Assembly: GCA_964016885.1 (NCBI GenBank)
Contig: OZ024741.1
Span: forward strand, 315,642,001-315,706,000
Direction: 5' to 3'
DNA length: 64,000 nt
From: Eledone cirrhosa
Lineage: Eukaryota
Under the pieces are notes generated by a model. The model made no database searches and was not told the DNA's origin. It saw only the letters and a list, made by a program, of their open reading frames with translations. Of this stretch, positions 13,055 through 26,989 are shown one piece after another. Position 1 is the stretch's first letter. Each line of letters begins with the position of its first letter. The position numbers were made by a program, and so were the translations under genes.

Positions 13055-13830
13055 ACAACGTGTCGCATGGTAGGGTCATTGACGACTAAACTGGCAACCC
13101 CACCAAGTTTACTTGGTGAGGAGGGTGATTTTGGACACCCTGCATGACAAAAAGAAAACGTGACAAAGGGCGGAAGAACTCATAAGAGTCAACGGCCATC
13201 CAAAATTATGTAAAAATATATATACACATGTACATATGTATGTGTATGTATATGCGCGGGGACATAGAAATAGTCGGGCTGGATACCAGATCGCGCGGTT
13301 AAACCACTGGGAGTGAAAGAACCCTAGCCTTTGTCAGGGCATTCTTCTAGGAGAAGGCAACTCAGGAAACTGGGATAACTCCGACATAAAACCTGCGGCT
13401 CAGTAGTTACCGATGATGTTGATCTTTTCTTCTTTTCGGGTTATAGCTACTGTCGTTCAGAGAGTGGGATTGGCTCAGTGCACAGTCTTTCGTCACTTTA
13501 AAAAATATCTTCACGTGCAGGCATTGCATGATAGCATTACTTGATAATTATTAATAATGTTATATCGCGCAATGGCCATACTCGATAACGAGAGGGCAGC
13601 CATCATGTATGTATGTATGTAGGTTTTTTGAAATATTTTTTGGTCATTAAGACATCTCTCTAGGAGAAGGTCTCTCGGATATAAAACCTGCGACATCGTT
13701 TGCATCCAATGATGTAGACCAGTTCTTTTGGGGGAAATGCATTCGAGAGTGGGATTATCCCCGAGCAAAGCCGTTCCTCACTTAAAAAAGCTTCAAGCAC
13801 AAGTATCGCTTGATATGTAATATTTTTTTC
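13055..13830 (+). mobile_element. Dispersed non-coding repeat family Y (related copies at 20810-21348 and 37320-37890)
   Basis: Shared blocks GACTAAACTGGCAACCCCAC, TAGCCTTTGTCA.GGCA..TTCTAGGAGAAGG, GATGATGTTGA and GAGAGTGGGA. Flanked by (TATG)n. Confidence 0.7.
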
Positions 13831-13939
13831 GATGCATGGTATAGCTAGCCATAGGCAAGTTCCTAGTTGGTATTGTACACGTGATCTTCTGTTCGTGAAA
13901 TTCGTACCCTACTTACTAAGCCACGTGCCTTCACACACA

Positions 13940-14057
<118 letters not shown>

Positions 14058-14744
14058 TCGATCTCCACTGTGTTTCAACTCTTAAGTGTTCGAATTGATT
14101 GAACAAACAGTTAGGTTTTTAAAGTAAAAAGTAAAGTTGACCCTCCATATTACGTAGCTAAGTGACGCCTGACACTTAATATAGTGATCCAAAACAAAGT
14201 TTTAATCAACTAAAATTACATAAACAATGAGGAGAGAGGAAATGTTATTATCAATAGTGATTAATTTTGGTGAAGAAAGACAAGAGAAACAACTTTGCAA
14301 TTCAAATTATTTTTAAATGGAGTGGAGTTATGAAGTGGGCTGAAACTCAGTAATGGGGTTAGCGCATAAGTTTACGTTTTATAGAGACTGTTCACATAAG
14401 CGTATTGATCTTAACATTTTTTGACTTGCAGACGTTCATAATTTTCTGACAAAAATGACTAATTTTAGAAAGTAATTGTGTGCATTTTTTTTGCGATACC
14501 AACAGAACCACTTTACAAACTTGACGAGGTATATTCCATGAAGGCAGCAACATTAACAATTTATAGGGTATACTATGTATATATACACATTTACATAAAT
14601 ATATTGACAGTAGCAGAAAAAGAAAAAGAAATCGACAAGAGAAAGAGAGATATGATATTGATAATATGAAATAAATACAAATTTATTTTGAAACTTCAAA
14701 TTTACTACCTATTTTTAAAAAACGCAATTTCAAAATAATGAAAA

Positions 14745-14873
14745 TAATTGTTTCTACTTTTGGCACAAGGCCAGCAATTATCCTAGTGTATTACTGGTAC
14801 TTCATTTTATCGACCCTGTAAGGATGAAATGCAAAGTTAACCTCGGCGGGATTTGAACTCAGATATACTGCCA
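14745..14873 (-). mobile_element. SINE family A, internally deleted
   Basis: High similarity to 544-729. Confidence 0.8.
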
Positions 14874-15149
14874 AATAATATATCCTTATTTTTATGCGTT
14901 CTGTGTATAAATCAAGAAATGTGCTATATAAAATGACATATATAATATAGAATCTCAAGGATCATTTTTATGCACGCCAATCCTTATTATGACATCTTTA
15001 TTCATCATTGTATTATATATATTTTATAATGTTTCGTAATTTATATAACATTTTTTGAAAATTAATTTATTTTCCGACAAAACCAACTTTTCCGACAACT
15101 CCAGCAATACATAACTACCTCATCAGCAAATCATAAGCTTACCAGTACT

Positions 15150-15590
15150 TACCAAATCAATGATGTTTGAGATGTAGTTATTTTGAATGTATGACAACAC
15201 AAAATACTATGAAATCATACTTTCAGATGTAATTTGTATGTATATTAAAACCCAGAATTTTAGATTAACTTTACTGAAGTTCTGGAATAGCAAAAGTAAG
15301 GACACATTTTCAATCTTCGAACCGAGTGGCGTGTTGGGTCATTTATCCAGACGTTTCTACGATGACACTGGTGCAATTTGTCTCGGCCTTTACATTTCCC
15401 TAGGATAAAGGACAACATCGGAGTCGTAGAGAGGGGCAACTGGTGGTCATCCACGAAACGCTCTGCTAAAGTTTGTGCCTCGGAAAGGCAAATCCATGCG
15501 CAATCAGCAATATGTACCAAACCAATGGACATTTATGTCTGCAGGAGGTCCCTCTCTTCGAGTATTAAGCATTCGAGTAATTAAAAGTCA
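15150..15590 (+). pseudogene. Possible piggyBac transposase C-terminal relic
   Basis: Broken frames give DVVILNV, NFRLTLL, RPLHFP, then KRSAKVC..ICTK..IYVC, resembling the end of the DDD domain and the Cys-rich tail. Confidence 0.35.
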
Positions 15591-16204
15591 TTTTTACAGA
15601 AAATCTAATTTTATGATTAGAGAGAAATTTGTTAGCAAGCAAAATAACAGTTGCTGACATGTTTCAATATTATTAAATTTCATCAGCTGGAAATAGCTTA
15701 CTGTAACCAACATTAATCTGCTCAAAGATTTTGTTTATTTATTTATTTATTTTGCATATAGATAAAAGAGTTCCGAAGATTTTTAGCCAGTGTAATTTGT
15801 GTAATTATACAAGTGAAGCCGTGCTAAAAAAAATAAATGATCCAATGGATTAAACTGTGATCATTTACATAGGGTAGTGATGTAATGAATCACGGCGCCA
15901 AAAAAATTCTATTGAATCGAAATTTGTCTTTTCGTTGGAGAACGAAAACAAAAACAAAGTGTTAATTGTGAGCTAGTCACACAGAAAATGGGAGATAATT
16001 TGAAGTAATTAAGAATTAATACCACACAAAATTGTATTTTCATGCTTACAAGAAAAATTTCATCTTTGTTATCCGGTAATTATTTGTAATTACGCAAATT
16101 ATACTGGCCCAAAGAAAAACAATCTTCGTAACTATTTTTCTACTTGTAAAAAATCTTTGTCCACTTATCAACATAGGTTTGAGAATACTATGAAAAATAC
16201 AACT

Positions 16205-17095
16205 TAGAGCTCACACCGATGTAAGCTTAGCTGGTTTAGTATGAAGTTGTATCTCATGGGAGGTTACAGTTCACAGATGTGGCTTCATATGGGTTACAAC
16301 TCACAGTAGGTTTCTGTTGTTCTAGCTCACACATGTATAATTTTAGTTGGCTTTCTATGGGTTACATCTCATTGCAGATTAGCTGGCTTCCTAAGAGGGT
16401 GTATCTCATACGAAGTTTCCTGGCTTCTTTATAATAGCGGTTCCATTCGTATCATATTGTTACAGCTCACATTCATGTAAATTTAGCTGCCCTTTGACGA
16501 TGTTACACCTCTAAGGAAGTTTCCTTGGTGTTTTATTGATAGGGACCCCAGTGCTTTTGTTGGGACAGCTCACACCTATGTATGTTTAACTGACCCTCTA
16601 CGAGGTTGTATCTCAAGAGGATTTTTCGGTTTTATAATGATAGGGTCCTTGGTGTTGTTACAGCTCATCTATATAGGTTTAACTGATCTCCTACGAGGCT
16701 GCATCTCTTGAGCGTCTCGCGTGTTTTATTAATAGAAGCCACTGTGTTGATGTTACAGCTCACACCTATACACGTTTAGCTGGCCTCGTACGAAGTTGCA
16801 TCTTATATGGTTTATCAGGTGTTTTAATGGTAAAGACAACATTCTTGTTGAGAGCACACGATTGCCGATTGTCAGCAAAAAAAGATAAAAAAAGAAAGCA
16901 AAACCTCAGGTTGAGTTGTAACAACAACACTAGGTCAAGAAAAATTCAATGAGGTACAACCTCCTAGGAGGCGAGCTAAACCTGATAGGTGTTAGCTGTA
17001 ACAAAAAGAAAAAGGCGCCTATATTAAAATGACTGAAACCTTTTATGGGATTTTATATCACAGGAGGCCAACTGAACCTACATAAGGGTGAACAG
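16205..17095. repeat. Degenerate minisatellite (~95-105-bp unit) with an inverted terminal segment
   Basis: TTACAGCTCACAC..TTTAGCTGGC..GAGGTTGTATCTC recurs. Reverse-complement copies occur at 16905-17095. Confidence 0.7.
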
Positions 17096-17449
17096 TAAAT
17101 TACATTATATTTTGCGTAGCCTACTCAGGTAATAAAATACCATACATGTGTAATTATGTGTGAGTGTGTAGCATCTGTTTCGGCATGCGTCTACCCCTTA
17201 CTGTATGTAGCAGTTTATATAATACGTCTATGTGCGCATTGACGCGTGTATCTATCAATATTTCTCTGGCTATCAGTAAAAACTAATAGGCGGTTTTCAC
17301 AGAGAACTTTATCATCATTTCATATCTAGATTATATATATATATATTTCCCATGACTCCTAATGCAGTCGTGGAGGTACCGTCATACGGCGTGTCTAGGT
17401 CACCTTTAAACCTGGCGGAGCAGATTTTTTCTGTAGAGGAAGAATCGCC

Positions 17450-17580
17450 CCCAGTACTGGACTGGTGCATTTTCTTATTAACTTTGAAAGGCAAAGTTGA
17501 CCACGGTGGGATTTGAACTCAGAACGCACAATGAGGTGGAACGAATAACGTAAAGCCGTCTATCCCACGTCTTAACGACA
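17450..17580 (-). mobile_element. SINE family A-related fragment
   Basis: TGAAAGGCAAAGTTGACCACGGTGGGATTTGAACTCAGAAC. Confidence 0.65.
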
Positions 17581-17650
<70 letters not shown>

Positions 17651-17913
17651 AAAAAAGGAAATTTCCTTTCTCACTCTTAGTACGGCTGATATTAAATATA
17701 AGTATGTATGCGTACATACATATATGTATACAGACGTACAGTAGTATGTATATACATAGATACATGCACACACATATATATATATATATGTACGTATGGG
17801 TTTACCGAACATTTATTACAATTCTCGGTTTGTTTGTAAACAAACAGCCCGAATTATTAGCCGTACAGTGTTCGGCAACCATCGTTGTCCTTTTGTTCAA
17901 CACTGACAAAGGA

Positions 17914-17956
17914 AAGATAAACTAGTTTCTAGCTTATTAGCTGTCATCAGCACCGT
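17914..17956 (-). ncRNA. Type-I hammerhead (R1 copy)
   Basis: Minus: ACGGTG CTGATGA C-AGCT-aata-AGCT-A GAAA CTAG TT TATC. Confidence 0.7.
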
Positions 17957-18300
17957 ATACCTTCCTGTCAGTCGATTGAACGTTTGAAAGCATATACTTT
18001 CCTTATGCATATTAACGGCTGGGCAACCTAATTTGCATATCGAGTGAGTTAGTCGGCCGGGCGTACCGAGAACGATAAATGGAAAAAAATGAAATTGTTT
18101 ATATGTATGTACGTATACATACTTATATTTAAGTATCAGCCGTACTAAGAGTGAGAAATGAAATTTCGTTTTTTTCATTTATCGTTTTCGGTACGCCCGG
18201 CCGGCTAACTCACTCGAGATGCAAATTAGGCTGCTCAGCCGTTAATATGCATAAGGAAAGTATATACTTTCAAACGTTCAATCGACTGACAGGAAGGTAT

Positions 18301-18343
18301 ACGGTGCTGATGACAGCTAATAAGCTAGAAACTAGTTCATCGT
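18301..18343 (+). ncRNA. Type-I hammerhead (R1 copy)
   Basis: ACGGTG CTGATGA C-AGCT-aata-AGCT-A GAAA CTAG TT CATCGT. Stem I is 6 bp and stem III is palindromic (ACTAGT). Confidence 0.8.
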
Positions 18344-18553
18344 TCCTTTGTCAGTGTTGAACAAAAGGGCAACGATGGTTACCGAACACTGTACGGCTAA
18401 TAATTCGGGCTGTTTGTTTACAAACAAACTGAGCATTGTAATAAATGTTCGGTAAACCCTTACATACATATATATATGTGTGTGTGCATGTATGTATGTA
18501 TGTATATACATACTACTGTAGCCTGTATACATATATCTATGTACGTATACATA

Positions 18554-18591
<38 letters not shown>

Positions 18592-18980
18592 TATGTCATT
18601 TATTTTGTCTGACCTGTTTAGCTTGACTTGTTTTTTGGCTTAGATGGTTAATGGCTTCTTAACCGCCTTCTCAGTTTGTATGGCCTTTATAACCTATGTT
18701 TATTGCTTCGGCCTTTTAAACCCATGGAGCGCTTGCCAGCATGACTCGGAATTTGCGTTACGTTTCGCTTTTTCTACCCGCCAAAATGCGATTCTCGCTG
18801 AATTTATATTTGTATATATATATATATATATAAGATAAAAATACCTGAGTGCGTTTGCGTTAAACACACTCGTCGTATTAGAGAAATGACAGTATAAGAT
18901 ATAGCTCAATGCTATCAAACAGAGACGAAAAAATTATATAAAAATTAACAAAGAAGCCTTAATGCATTAAAAATCTTTAA

Positions 18981-19025
18981 TTGCTGACAATGTTTCGTCC
19001 CATTAATTAGGACTCATCAGAGCAA
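18981..19025 (-). ncRNA. Type-I hammerhead in the left arm of inverted repeat 18929-19635
   Basis: Minus: TTGCT CTGATGA GTCC-taattaatg-GGAC GAAA C-att-G TC AGCAA. Confidence 0.85.
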
Positions 19026-19098
19026 GGAAAAAGACTAGAAATATCATCGGCTAGAACAAGCCAAAATTCAGAAGAATAGTGAACACGCACTCCGACAC

Positions 19099-19208
<110 letters not shown>

Positions 19209-19539
19209 CGGAGTGCGTGTAGATATATATATATATATAAAATTTTTATTTCTGTATTATGTATTGTGTTGTATTATATATTATATTATAATTTTTATAT
19301 CTTATTTCTCGCATTATATTACTATGTTGCATTTCAAGTATTAGACTTATGTTGTACTTTTAACGTGGGTTTGTTTAATGTTTGCTTGCTCTCTTGCCCT
19401 ATAGTCTTTATTTACAAATGCATCCAATTAGGTTTTACATGTCTTTCCATGATAATTTTCCTGAATTTTCCTTAATATCCATTCACTATTCTTCTGAATT
19501 TTGGCTTGTTCTAGCCGATGATATTTCTAGTCGTTTTCC

Positions 19540-19584
19540 TTGCTCTGATGAGTCCTAATTAATGGGACGAAACATTGTCAGCAA
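19540..19584 (+). ncRNA. Type-I hammerhead in the right arm of the inverted repeat
   Basis: TTGCT CTGATGA GTCC-taattaatg-GGAC GAAA C-att-G TC AGCAA, canonical GUC site. Confidence 0.85.
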
Positions 19585-19624
19585 TTAAAGATTTTTAATG
19601 CATTAAGGCTTCTTTGTTAATTTT

Positions 19625-19677
<53 letters not shown>

Positions 19678-20657
19678 CACCTTATAAAAAGGAAGTTTGT
19701 TTGTTTATACGTTGACTATTATTAATAATAAATAAAACCAGTAATAATTAAAGTTTTCCATGTATTTTTGACTAATCTGATCTCATGCTCGCAATCCACT
19801 TTTTCTTTGAAAACGGAATGCAGGGAGCGAGCTGACGGACACTCGCATTTTCCCACCCTCACAGATTTCTTCAGTGGAAATTCTTTTTGTCAAAAAATAA
19901 ATATTACAGACATAGAATGAATAAACCAGTTAAGAGACCCACACGGAATGTGGCAGCAAAGGAATGAACGAAAACCCAAACCTAAGCCGAGTAATTCCCG
20001 GCATCGTCAACTGTCTATCAGATATGATCATTGTTGCCACGTCATCGAAGATAGGACCACTATATTGTCAATAATGTTAAAAACTAGTTTTAATACTGCT
20101 CAGGAATTGTAAAGAAAGGATGTACAAACGAGACAACACAAAGAACATACCAGGATAGAAATGACTGGACTACAGAGAGATCGAAAAATGATATAGGAGA
20201 GAGAATGACAAGATGAAGAGTGACAAGATGAAAAAAGACTAGGTGAAGGAGAGATAAGGTAAAGAAAGGACAAGGTGAAGGAGAGATAAGATGAATAAAT
20301 ACAAGATGAAGAGGAATAAAATGAGGAAAGACAATATGAAGAAGGATCAGCTGAAGAGTAGTGTGTGAAGAAGGAAAATAAAGTGACGGGGAAGGATGAA
20401 TGAACGAGGAAGTATGTATGAGAAGATAAGGAAAATGAAATAGAATGAAAGAGACGATGATAGAGAAAAATAAAAAAAGCAAAATAGCAAATAATAAAGA
20501 AGTAATAGTGAAAGGCCATTATGCTGTAGTGTTGTTACAGGTTTTTTGTCAGTGTGTGTGTATATATGCTATGTATGTATGTATGTATGTATGTATGTAT
20601 GTATGTATGTTAATTGTTATTGTGTGTGTATGTAAAGGTGTGTGTGTATGTATATGT

Positions 20658-20747
<90 letters not shown>

Positions 20748-20809
20748 CATTTTTTTTTTCTATTATTATTATTATTGTCGTCATTGTTATTATTATATTG
20801 ATTTTTTCC

Positions 20810-21348
20810 CTCGTGCAATGATAACGAGGGGGCAGCCATCATGCATGTATGTATGTTTGTATGTATGTGTGCATGTATGTATGTATGTATGTATGTATGT
20901 ATGTATGTATGTATGTATGCTTGCATGTATGTATCTCCGAGTGAGATGACCCCTTAGCCTTTGTCAAGGCAGAATTCTAGGAGAAGGAAAACTCTGATAT
21001 AACACCTGCAACTCTGATGGTTTCCAATGATGTTGACTTGTTCTTCTTTTTGGTAAATATCATCTTGGTTAAGAGAGTGGGACTGGCTTTGTGCAGTGCC
21101 TTTGCTCACTATAAAAGCTTCATGGCACAGGCATTGCTTTATATCTGGAGATCTCTCTGCACTTGTCGTCACATGGTACCATGGGCCCAGCACTATGTGT
21201 CAATAATTGTCACAAGTGTAGTGTTTGTACCAGAGTGTCCAAGTCGCTGGCTGAACTAAAAAGTCACACTTGTTCAGCACATCGGTAGGGTTTCTCCTAC
21301 ATGGATATAAAGTAGTGGCCGTACTCGAAAACGAGTTGGCAGCCACCA
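20810..21348 (+). mobile_element. Repeat family Y copy
   Basis: 20950-21348 is a close reverse complement of 37320-37720, and the ORF track gives near-identical peptides for both. Confidence 0.8.
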
Positions 21349-22276
21349 TGTATGTATGTATGTATGTATGTATGTATGTATGTATGTATGTATGTATGTA
21401 TGTATGTATGTGTATTTGTATGTATGTACGTATGTATGTATATAAGCGTGTGTGCGTGTGTCTGTATATGTTCGGTAGAGAAGTGAAAGCCTGATAGAAA
21501 CACAGTGATTATTAATCCATCATTATGAAGAAGTTCATAAGATATAAGACACTGCCTATTATCTCTGGCCGAGGTAATTGTGGTTTTCATAGTAGCTCTA
21601 CCAATAGCGACATTATTTCCTCGCTATATATATATACATATAAACATACACACACATATATATATATGGGGGGGGGGGTTATTTCATTTATATATCTATA
21701 TATAGATGAGTGGGTGTTCACCTTTGTCTACAGCAGACATAAATGCGTACATACATACATAAATATGTTCGCATTAACATTTAGACACATATTTACACGT
21801 ACATATACGCACATTCAGATATGGACACACTTTAACACGCACATATAAGCACACACACGAATACATCCACATCCACAGAGACACATGTACGCTTATACAC
21901 ATACATACACTCACAAACAAATATCCATAATCAGCTATATTATATATCCATTCTCAACAATATATGCACCCAGAATATATCTAACACGTACAGTGAAGAA
22001 TTGTGGAGACATCGGGAGAAAAACAGGTGTCACCTTCGATCTATATCAGTATATTTTGAGTTCGCATGAACTGTAACTGTTATAGATGGCAGCACTTTGA
22101 TTGAGTTGCTAGAAAAGCTGATAGAAGATCCCGGTATTTGTTCTGGCTCACCGCACTTAGAAATGAAATTCTATGGAAGTCAACTTTACCTTTCATTCAT
22201 TCGACGTGGATAAAATACCAGTTCAATAACACTCACACAATTCTTACACCAACAGAATCCTTTATTTCATTTCGTC

Positions 22277-22331
<55 letters not shown>

Positions 22332-22849
22332 AAAGCGACAGTAGATCCCAATTCAAAACACTGAAAATAACCTCAATTGCTCGGGAATGGAGACGATACC
22401 ACATTAACATATACCAGAGTCACATTAACTAGGTTATAGGAGATGAAAATAGACAACAACCGACACAGTGCTATAAAAATAAATTAGAACTAAATTTTTG
22501 GTGGTTAAACCACGCTATTTAATGAGGCATTGGCTCTCCCAATTACTTTCCATTCCCCTCCCACTATATTATTTGTTTGTAATCATTACACTATGTTTTT
22601 TAGACGACCATTGTCATCCGTGTGTTCTAGCGGTGGCACAGAGAAACAATCAACAACGTTATTTCTGGGTTATTGCCATTTGTCAAGATTGTGTATCTCT
22701 TTTCTATCACTCACTAGGACTTAATTATATATAGCGTGGAAGATAGACGTTAAACGTTTATGATGATGATGATGATGATGATATATATTGGAAAAGTAAA
22801 AAGACAACAAGGAGTACAGTTATGAAAGGTATTAGGTTCCCGCTTGAGA

Positions 22850-23160
22850 GTGAGGGGGGGGGGGACGTTTCGGGCATAAGCCATTCATCAGGAGAAAGGT
22901 AGGAAGGAGAGGAGATCCAAGAGGGTGTGTGGGGGTGGAGAAAACATTTTAAAAAAACAGGAAAAAAATTAAAATGAAGGGAAAAAAATTAAAATAAAAT
23001 AACACAAAATAACACATGAGTGGGACAATAAGTGGAAACAAGTGGTGAAAGGGTGTGAGGCATGTAGAGATGGTGGTGGGAGGATGCAGGGGCAGGAAGA
23101 GGGGAGAAGTAAATTGATGGTCCGAGCGGGGAGGGCGGAAGGTGGTGTGTGTGTGTACCC
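22850..23160 (-). mobile_element. 3' terminal (pLTR) fragment of the C-rich PLE family
   Basis: G-rich on plus. The minus strand resembles 63860-64000 and ends in a hammerhead. Confidence 0.55.
22861..22893 (-). ncRNA. Minimal type-I hammerhead
   Basis: Minus: CTGATGA AT-GGC-ttat-GCC-C GAAA CG TC. Stem I partner is lost. Confidence 0.65.
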
Positions 23161-23209
23161 TTACACCTACACACATATATGTGTGTAGGTAAACGTCAGC
23201 CCCGCGAAT

Positions 23210-23920
23210 TTCTTTTAGTCCATTGAGCACTTGCCACATATCTCAAAATTTGCGTTCCGCTTTGTTTTGGGCCACCGCCGAAATACGATCTCGCTGAAAT
23301 TATATTTGTATTAATCTCCCTGACCTAGCAATTAATTAGTTAATTATATTAAACAATTCTATTGATTAATTAATTGCTTAAGTTTATTTAAAAACAACCC
23401 CGTCGAGAGCTTACTTCGATTTGCGCAGTTTTTTGCAATTCTTGCAATAATTTTACATATTCTGAATGCATCCGCCAAAAACCGGGATTACCTCCCTTGC
23501 AGGGTAAACACGTGGGGGTAGTCACTCCACCATTACTACTGCTTGGAACCCGCTGGCCGGCTGAAAACAAAATACCTGTTGACGAAATGGCAGCCTTGTT
23601 CGATCGTTATACCAAAAGCTTACAACGAAAGCAGGCAGTATAATTGATTTAGTTGTCACTGAAACCTCCCACTGGATTCTACCATAAATTTCCAGGAGAT
23701 CCAGGTAAATTCTTTTGTTAACCTATTTAGCTTGCTTGTTTTTTTTGGCTCGGGTGGCTGATAACTTCACGACCACCGTTTTCATTTTGTCTGGCCTCCA
23801 TAACGTATGTTAATTGCTCTGATATTTTTTAGTTCATTGAGCGCTTGCCGCATATTTCGAAATTTGATTTCCGCTTTGTTTTTGACCACCGCCAAATTAC
23901 GATCTCGCTGAAATTATATT

Positions 23921-23923
<3 letters not shown>
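23210..23923. repeat. ~100-bp direct repeats (23210-23310 and 23826-23923) around a unique ~510-bp interior
   Basis: TTTAGT.CATTGAGC.CTTGCC.CATAT..TTCCGCTTTGTTTT..CCACCGCC..TACGATCTCGCTGAAATTATATTTGT occurs twice. Confidence 0.8.
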
Positions 23924-23977
<54 letters not shown>

Positions 23978-23980
<3 letters not shown>

Positions 23981-24107
23981 TAGCCGTCGAAACGGCTTGA
24001 GCTCAGCCGTCGGGATCTTACTGGTTCCTATTACCCACTCTACTACCCTAAGTATTGAGTACTTTGGTGCGTTATGGTCCACCTGGTTCCTTACCACATT
24101 TCCTTCG

Positions 24108-24110
<3 letters not shown>
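23978..24110 (+). repeat. Dispersed family X containing the 3' half of a hammerhead (also 4975-5070, 25895-26072, 35025-35137, 42945-43068)
   Basis: TAGCCGTC GAAA CGGC-ttgagctca-GCCG TC GGG followed by CTACTACCCTAAGTATTGAGTAC..GGTGCGTTATGGTCCA. Confidence 0.75.
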
Positions 24111-24200
<90 letters not shown>

Positions 24201-24217
24201 GAGAGAGAGAGAGAGAG

Positions 24218-24305
<88 letters not shown>

Positions 24306-25004
24306 GAAGCATTTTAGGAAGCGTGTGGCAACGTTGTAACTTTAAGGTGTTTCACTTTTCCGCAAAACTTCTACAATACATAATATTAAACTATAAAATG
24401 GTAAGAAAAATAAACCTGGGATAGAACTTCTTGAGACGGAAAACCAAGTGGACAGAAAAAAACCTGCGGAAACCGAAACCAGAGTTTGTTGTGAGCTGGG
24501 AACTGTATTAGCCATTACACACAGATACACGTTGACAATAACACAATAGTAATTGTAAATCTCCATGCTTGGAAAGAAACATTTGTAGTACTCAGTTAAA
24601 TTTAAAAAAACAAACAAACAGACATTATTAGATCTGTTTGTCGTGTATTACTTTGCTTGTCTGCATCTATTTCTTTTGAGAGCTAATCTATTTGTATTCT
24701 GCGAATAACTAAAGATTGAAATAAACAGAGAGAGAGAGAGAGAGAGATCCACGCATATATATCATGTGAGAAAAAGAGAGTGTATGTGTGTGTGTGTAAG
24801 AGAGAGTGAGTATGAATGTCTGTTGTGTGTGGGAGTGTGTGTGTTGTGTGTGTGTGTGCGTGTGTGTGTGTGTGGTGATAGCCTCAAGCTGAGGACTGAC
24901 GTGAATCTTTAAATTATCTAAAAATGTAAAAAAAGAAATGTCTTTCGAGGTTTGTTTAAAACATTTACATAAAAACACTCATATTCACCTTCACTCACAC
25001 ACAC

Positions 25005-25077
<73 letters not shown>

Positions 25078-25157
25078 CATGCACTCAAATATAAATACAA
25101 ACACAGGAACAAAGATACTTACATCACCCCCCTCCTCTCTCTCTTTATATATATATA

Positions 25158-25269
<112 letters not shown>

Positions 25270-25816
25270 AATATACAAGGATCATATATATGCTCATTTA
25301 CGCAAATAGACATACATATATGTCACACACACACACACTGTGTGTGCGAAAGTTTTAGAAACGTGCAAATCTGAGTGAAACTTTTAATAAATAAACATAT
25401 ATATATGCACACAAATTACAAATGTGTGTATAATTCTAGGTGAATAAATACATATATTTCAAACATACACCAAAAGTATCAAAAAAATATATATATACAA
25501 ATTATATATAAAAAAATTACTCCTTTTCGTTGCTTTTAAGAAGTGTCAGAAACATCAATGGCGATAGTGAAATAAAAATAGCTATATATGTTAGCTGAGC
25601 GATATTCTAAAAACATTTGGTACATCAATGATAAAGATAAAGTAAAAAAAAAAATTGCTATTTACGTTAGCGGAGTGATATGCTAAATATATTTGGAAAC
25701 AGCTGCAAATATGAAGGATATATACACCAACAGCAAAACATCATTATCATCATCGCCATTTTGATCTCAATTGATTCACTTTTGTCTTCCTTCTCTCTTT
25801 CTCACACACATCATAG

Positions 25817-25880
<64 letters not shown>

Positions 25881-26473
25881 ATATATAACAAAGAAAGTAT
25901 GTCAATGAACCAGGTGGACCATAACGCACCAGACTATTCGATACTTAGGGTAGTAGAGTGGGTAATAGGAAAAGATTCAGGATCCCGACGGCTGAGCTCC
26001 GGCCGTTCCGACAGCTTAATCTAGCTGTCGAAACGGCCGGAGCTCAGCCTTCGATGTTCTGACTCTTTTCCTATATATGATATAATTTATATATATATAT
26101 ATATATTTATAGAAATTATTGTAGCAAGAAGCCAACAGTATTCCATAACATATAAGTGACTATAGCCTCAAAATGGAAAAATAGTTAACGTAAGATGTGG
26201 GAAAATAATTCAAACTCAATTCAAAAAGAATCAGGATATAGATTCATCCACAGAATTTGGTAAAATCCATGGAAAAATCAATAGAGCCTTAACTCAGAAT
26301 AAAATAAAGTTTAAAATACTCATCCTTCAATTTGGAAAAACTACAATGCTCTGTATAGTCTTAAAGACTATATATATATATATATATATATAAACGGAAA
26401 AAATGAAACGAAATTTCATTTCCCACTCTTAGTACGGCTGTTACTTAAATATAAGTAGGTACACGTATGTACC

Positions 26474-26590
<117 letters not shown>

Positions 26591-26602
26591 GTGTTTGTGT
26601 GT

Positions 26603-26636
<34 letters not shown>

Positions 26637-26989
26637 AAGGCCGTGTACAGCCACCTAGAAAAGGAAAAACAGACGTTCGTATATAAGTCTGATTGATGTT
26701 GTCGTTGATGGCACCTTAGATGGCTCATCAAAAAAATGTTCTGGTACGTTTCCCGCCTACTTGAGTCTGATTGGCGTGGCATGCTTTGTGGTGCCGTGTT
26801 AGTCCACCTGCAGAATGTCCCACTTTGGTATAGATGACACATGCAAAATTAAGGTGTAAGGGATAGTGAAATGTGTAATTTCCACGAGTAAAATTGTCTG
26901 CTCTGGCTTAGTAGTCAAGCCCTTGATATACATACACGTCCGCATCCCTCACAGGTAAGAGTCTCTCTGGAACCCTTTTCTGTGAGCGG

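Larger units (their letters stand above)
17648..18560. mobile_element. Two inverted copies of a ~440-bp non-coding hammerhead-bearing element (retrozyme-like family R1)
   Basis: 17648-18095 and 18100-18560 are reverse-complement, circularly shifted copies. Further copies at 36040-36475 and 26395-26470. Confidence 0.75.

Noticed and set aside
20090-20519. 130-139-aa hydrophobic ORFs
   Set aside because: They are antisense to GA-rich low-complexity sequence.
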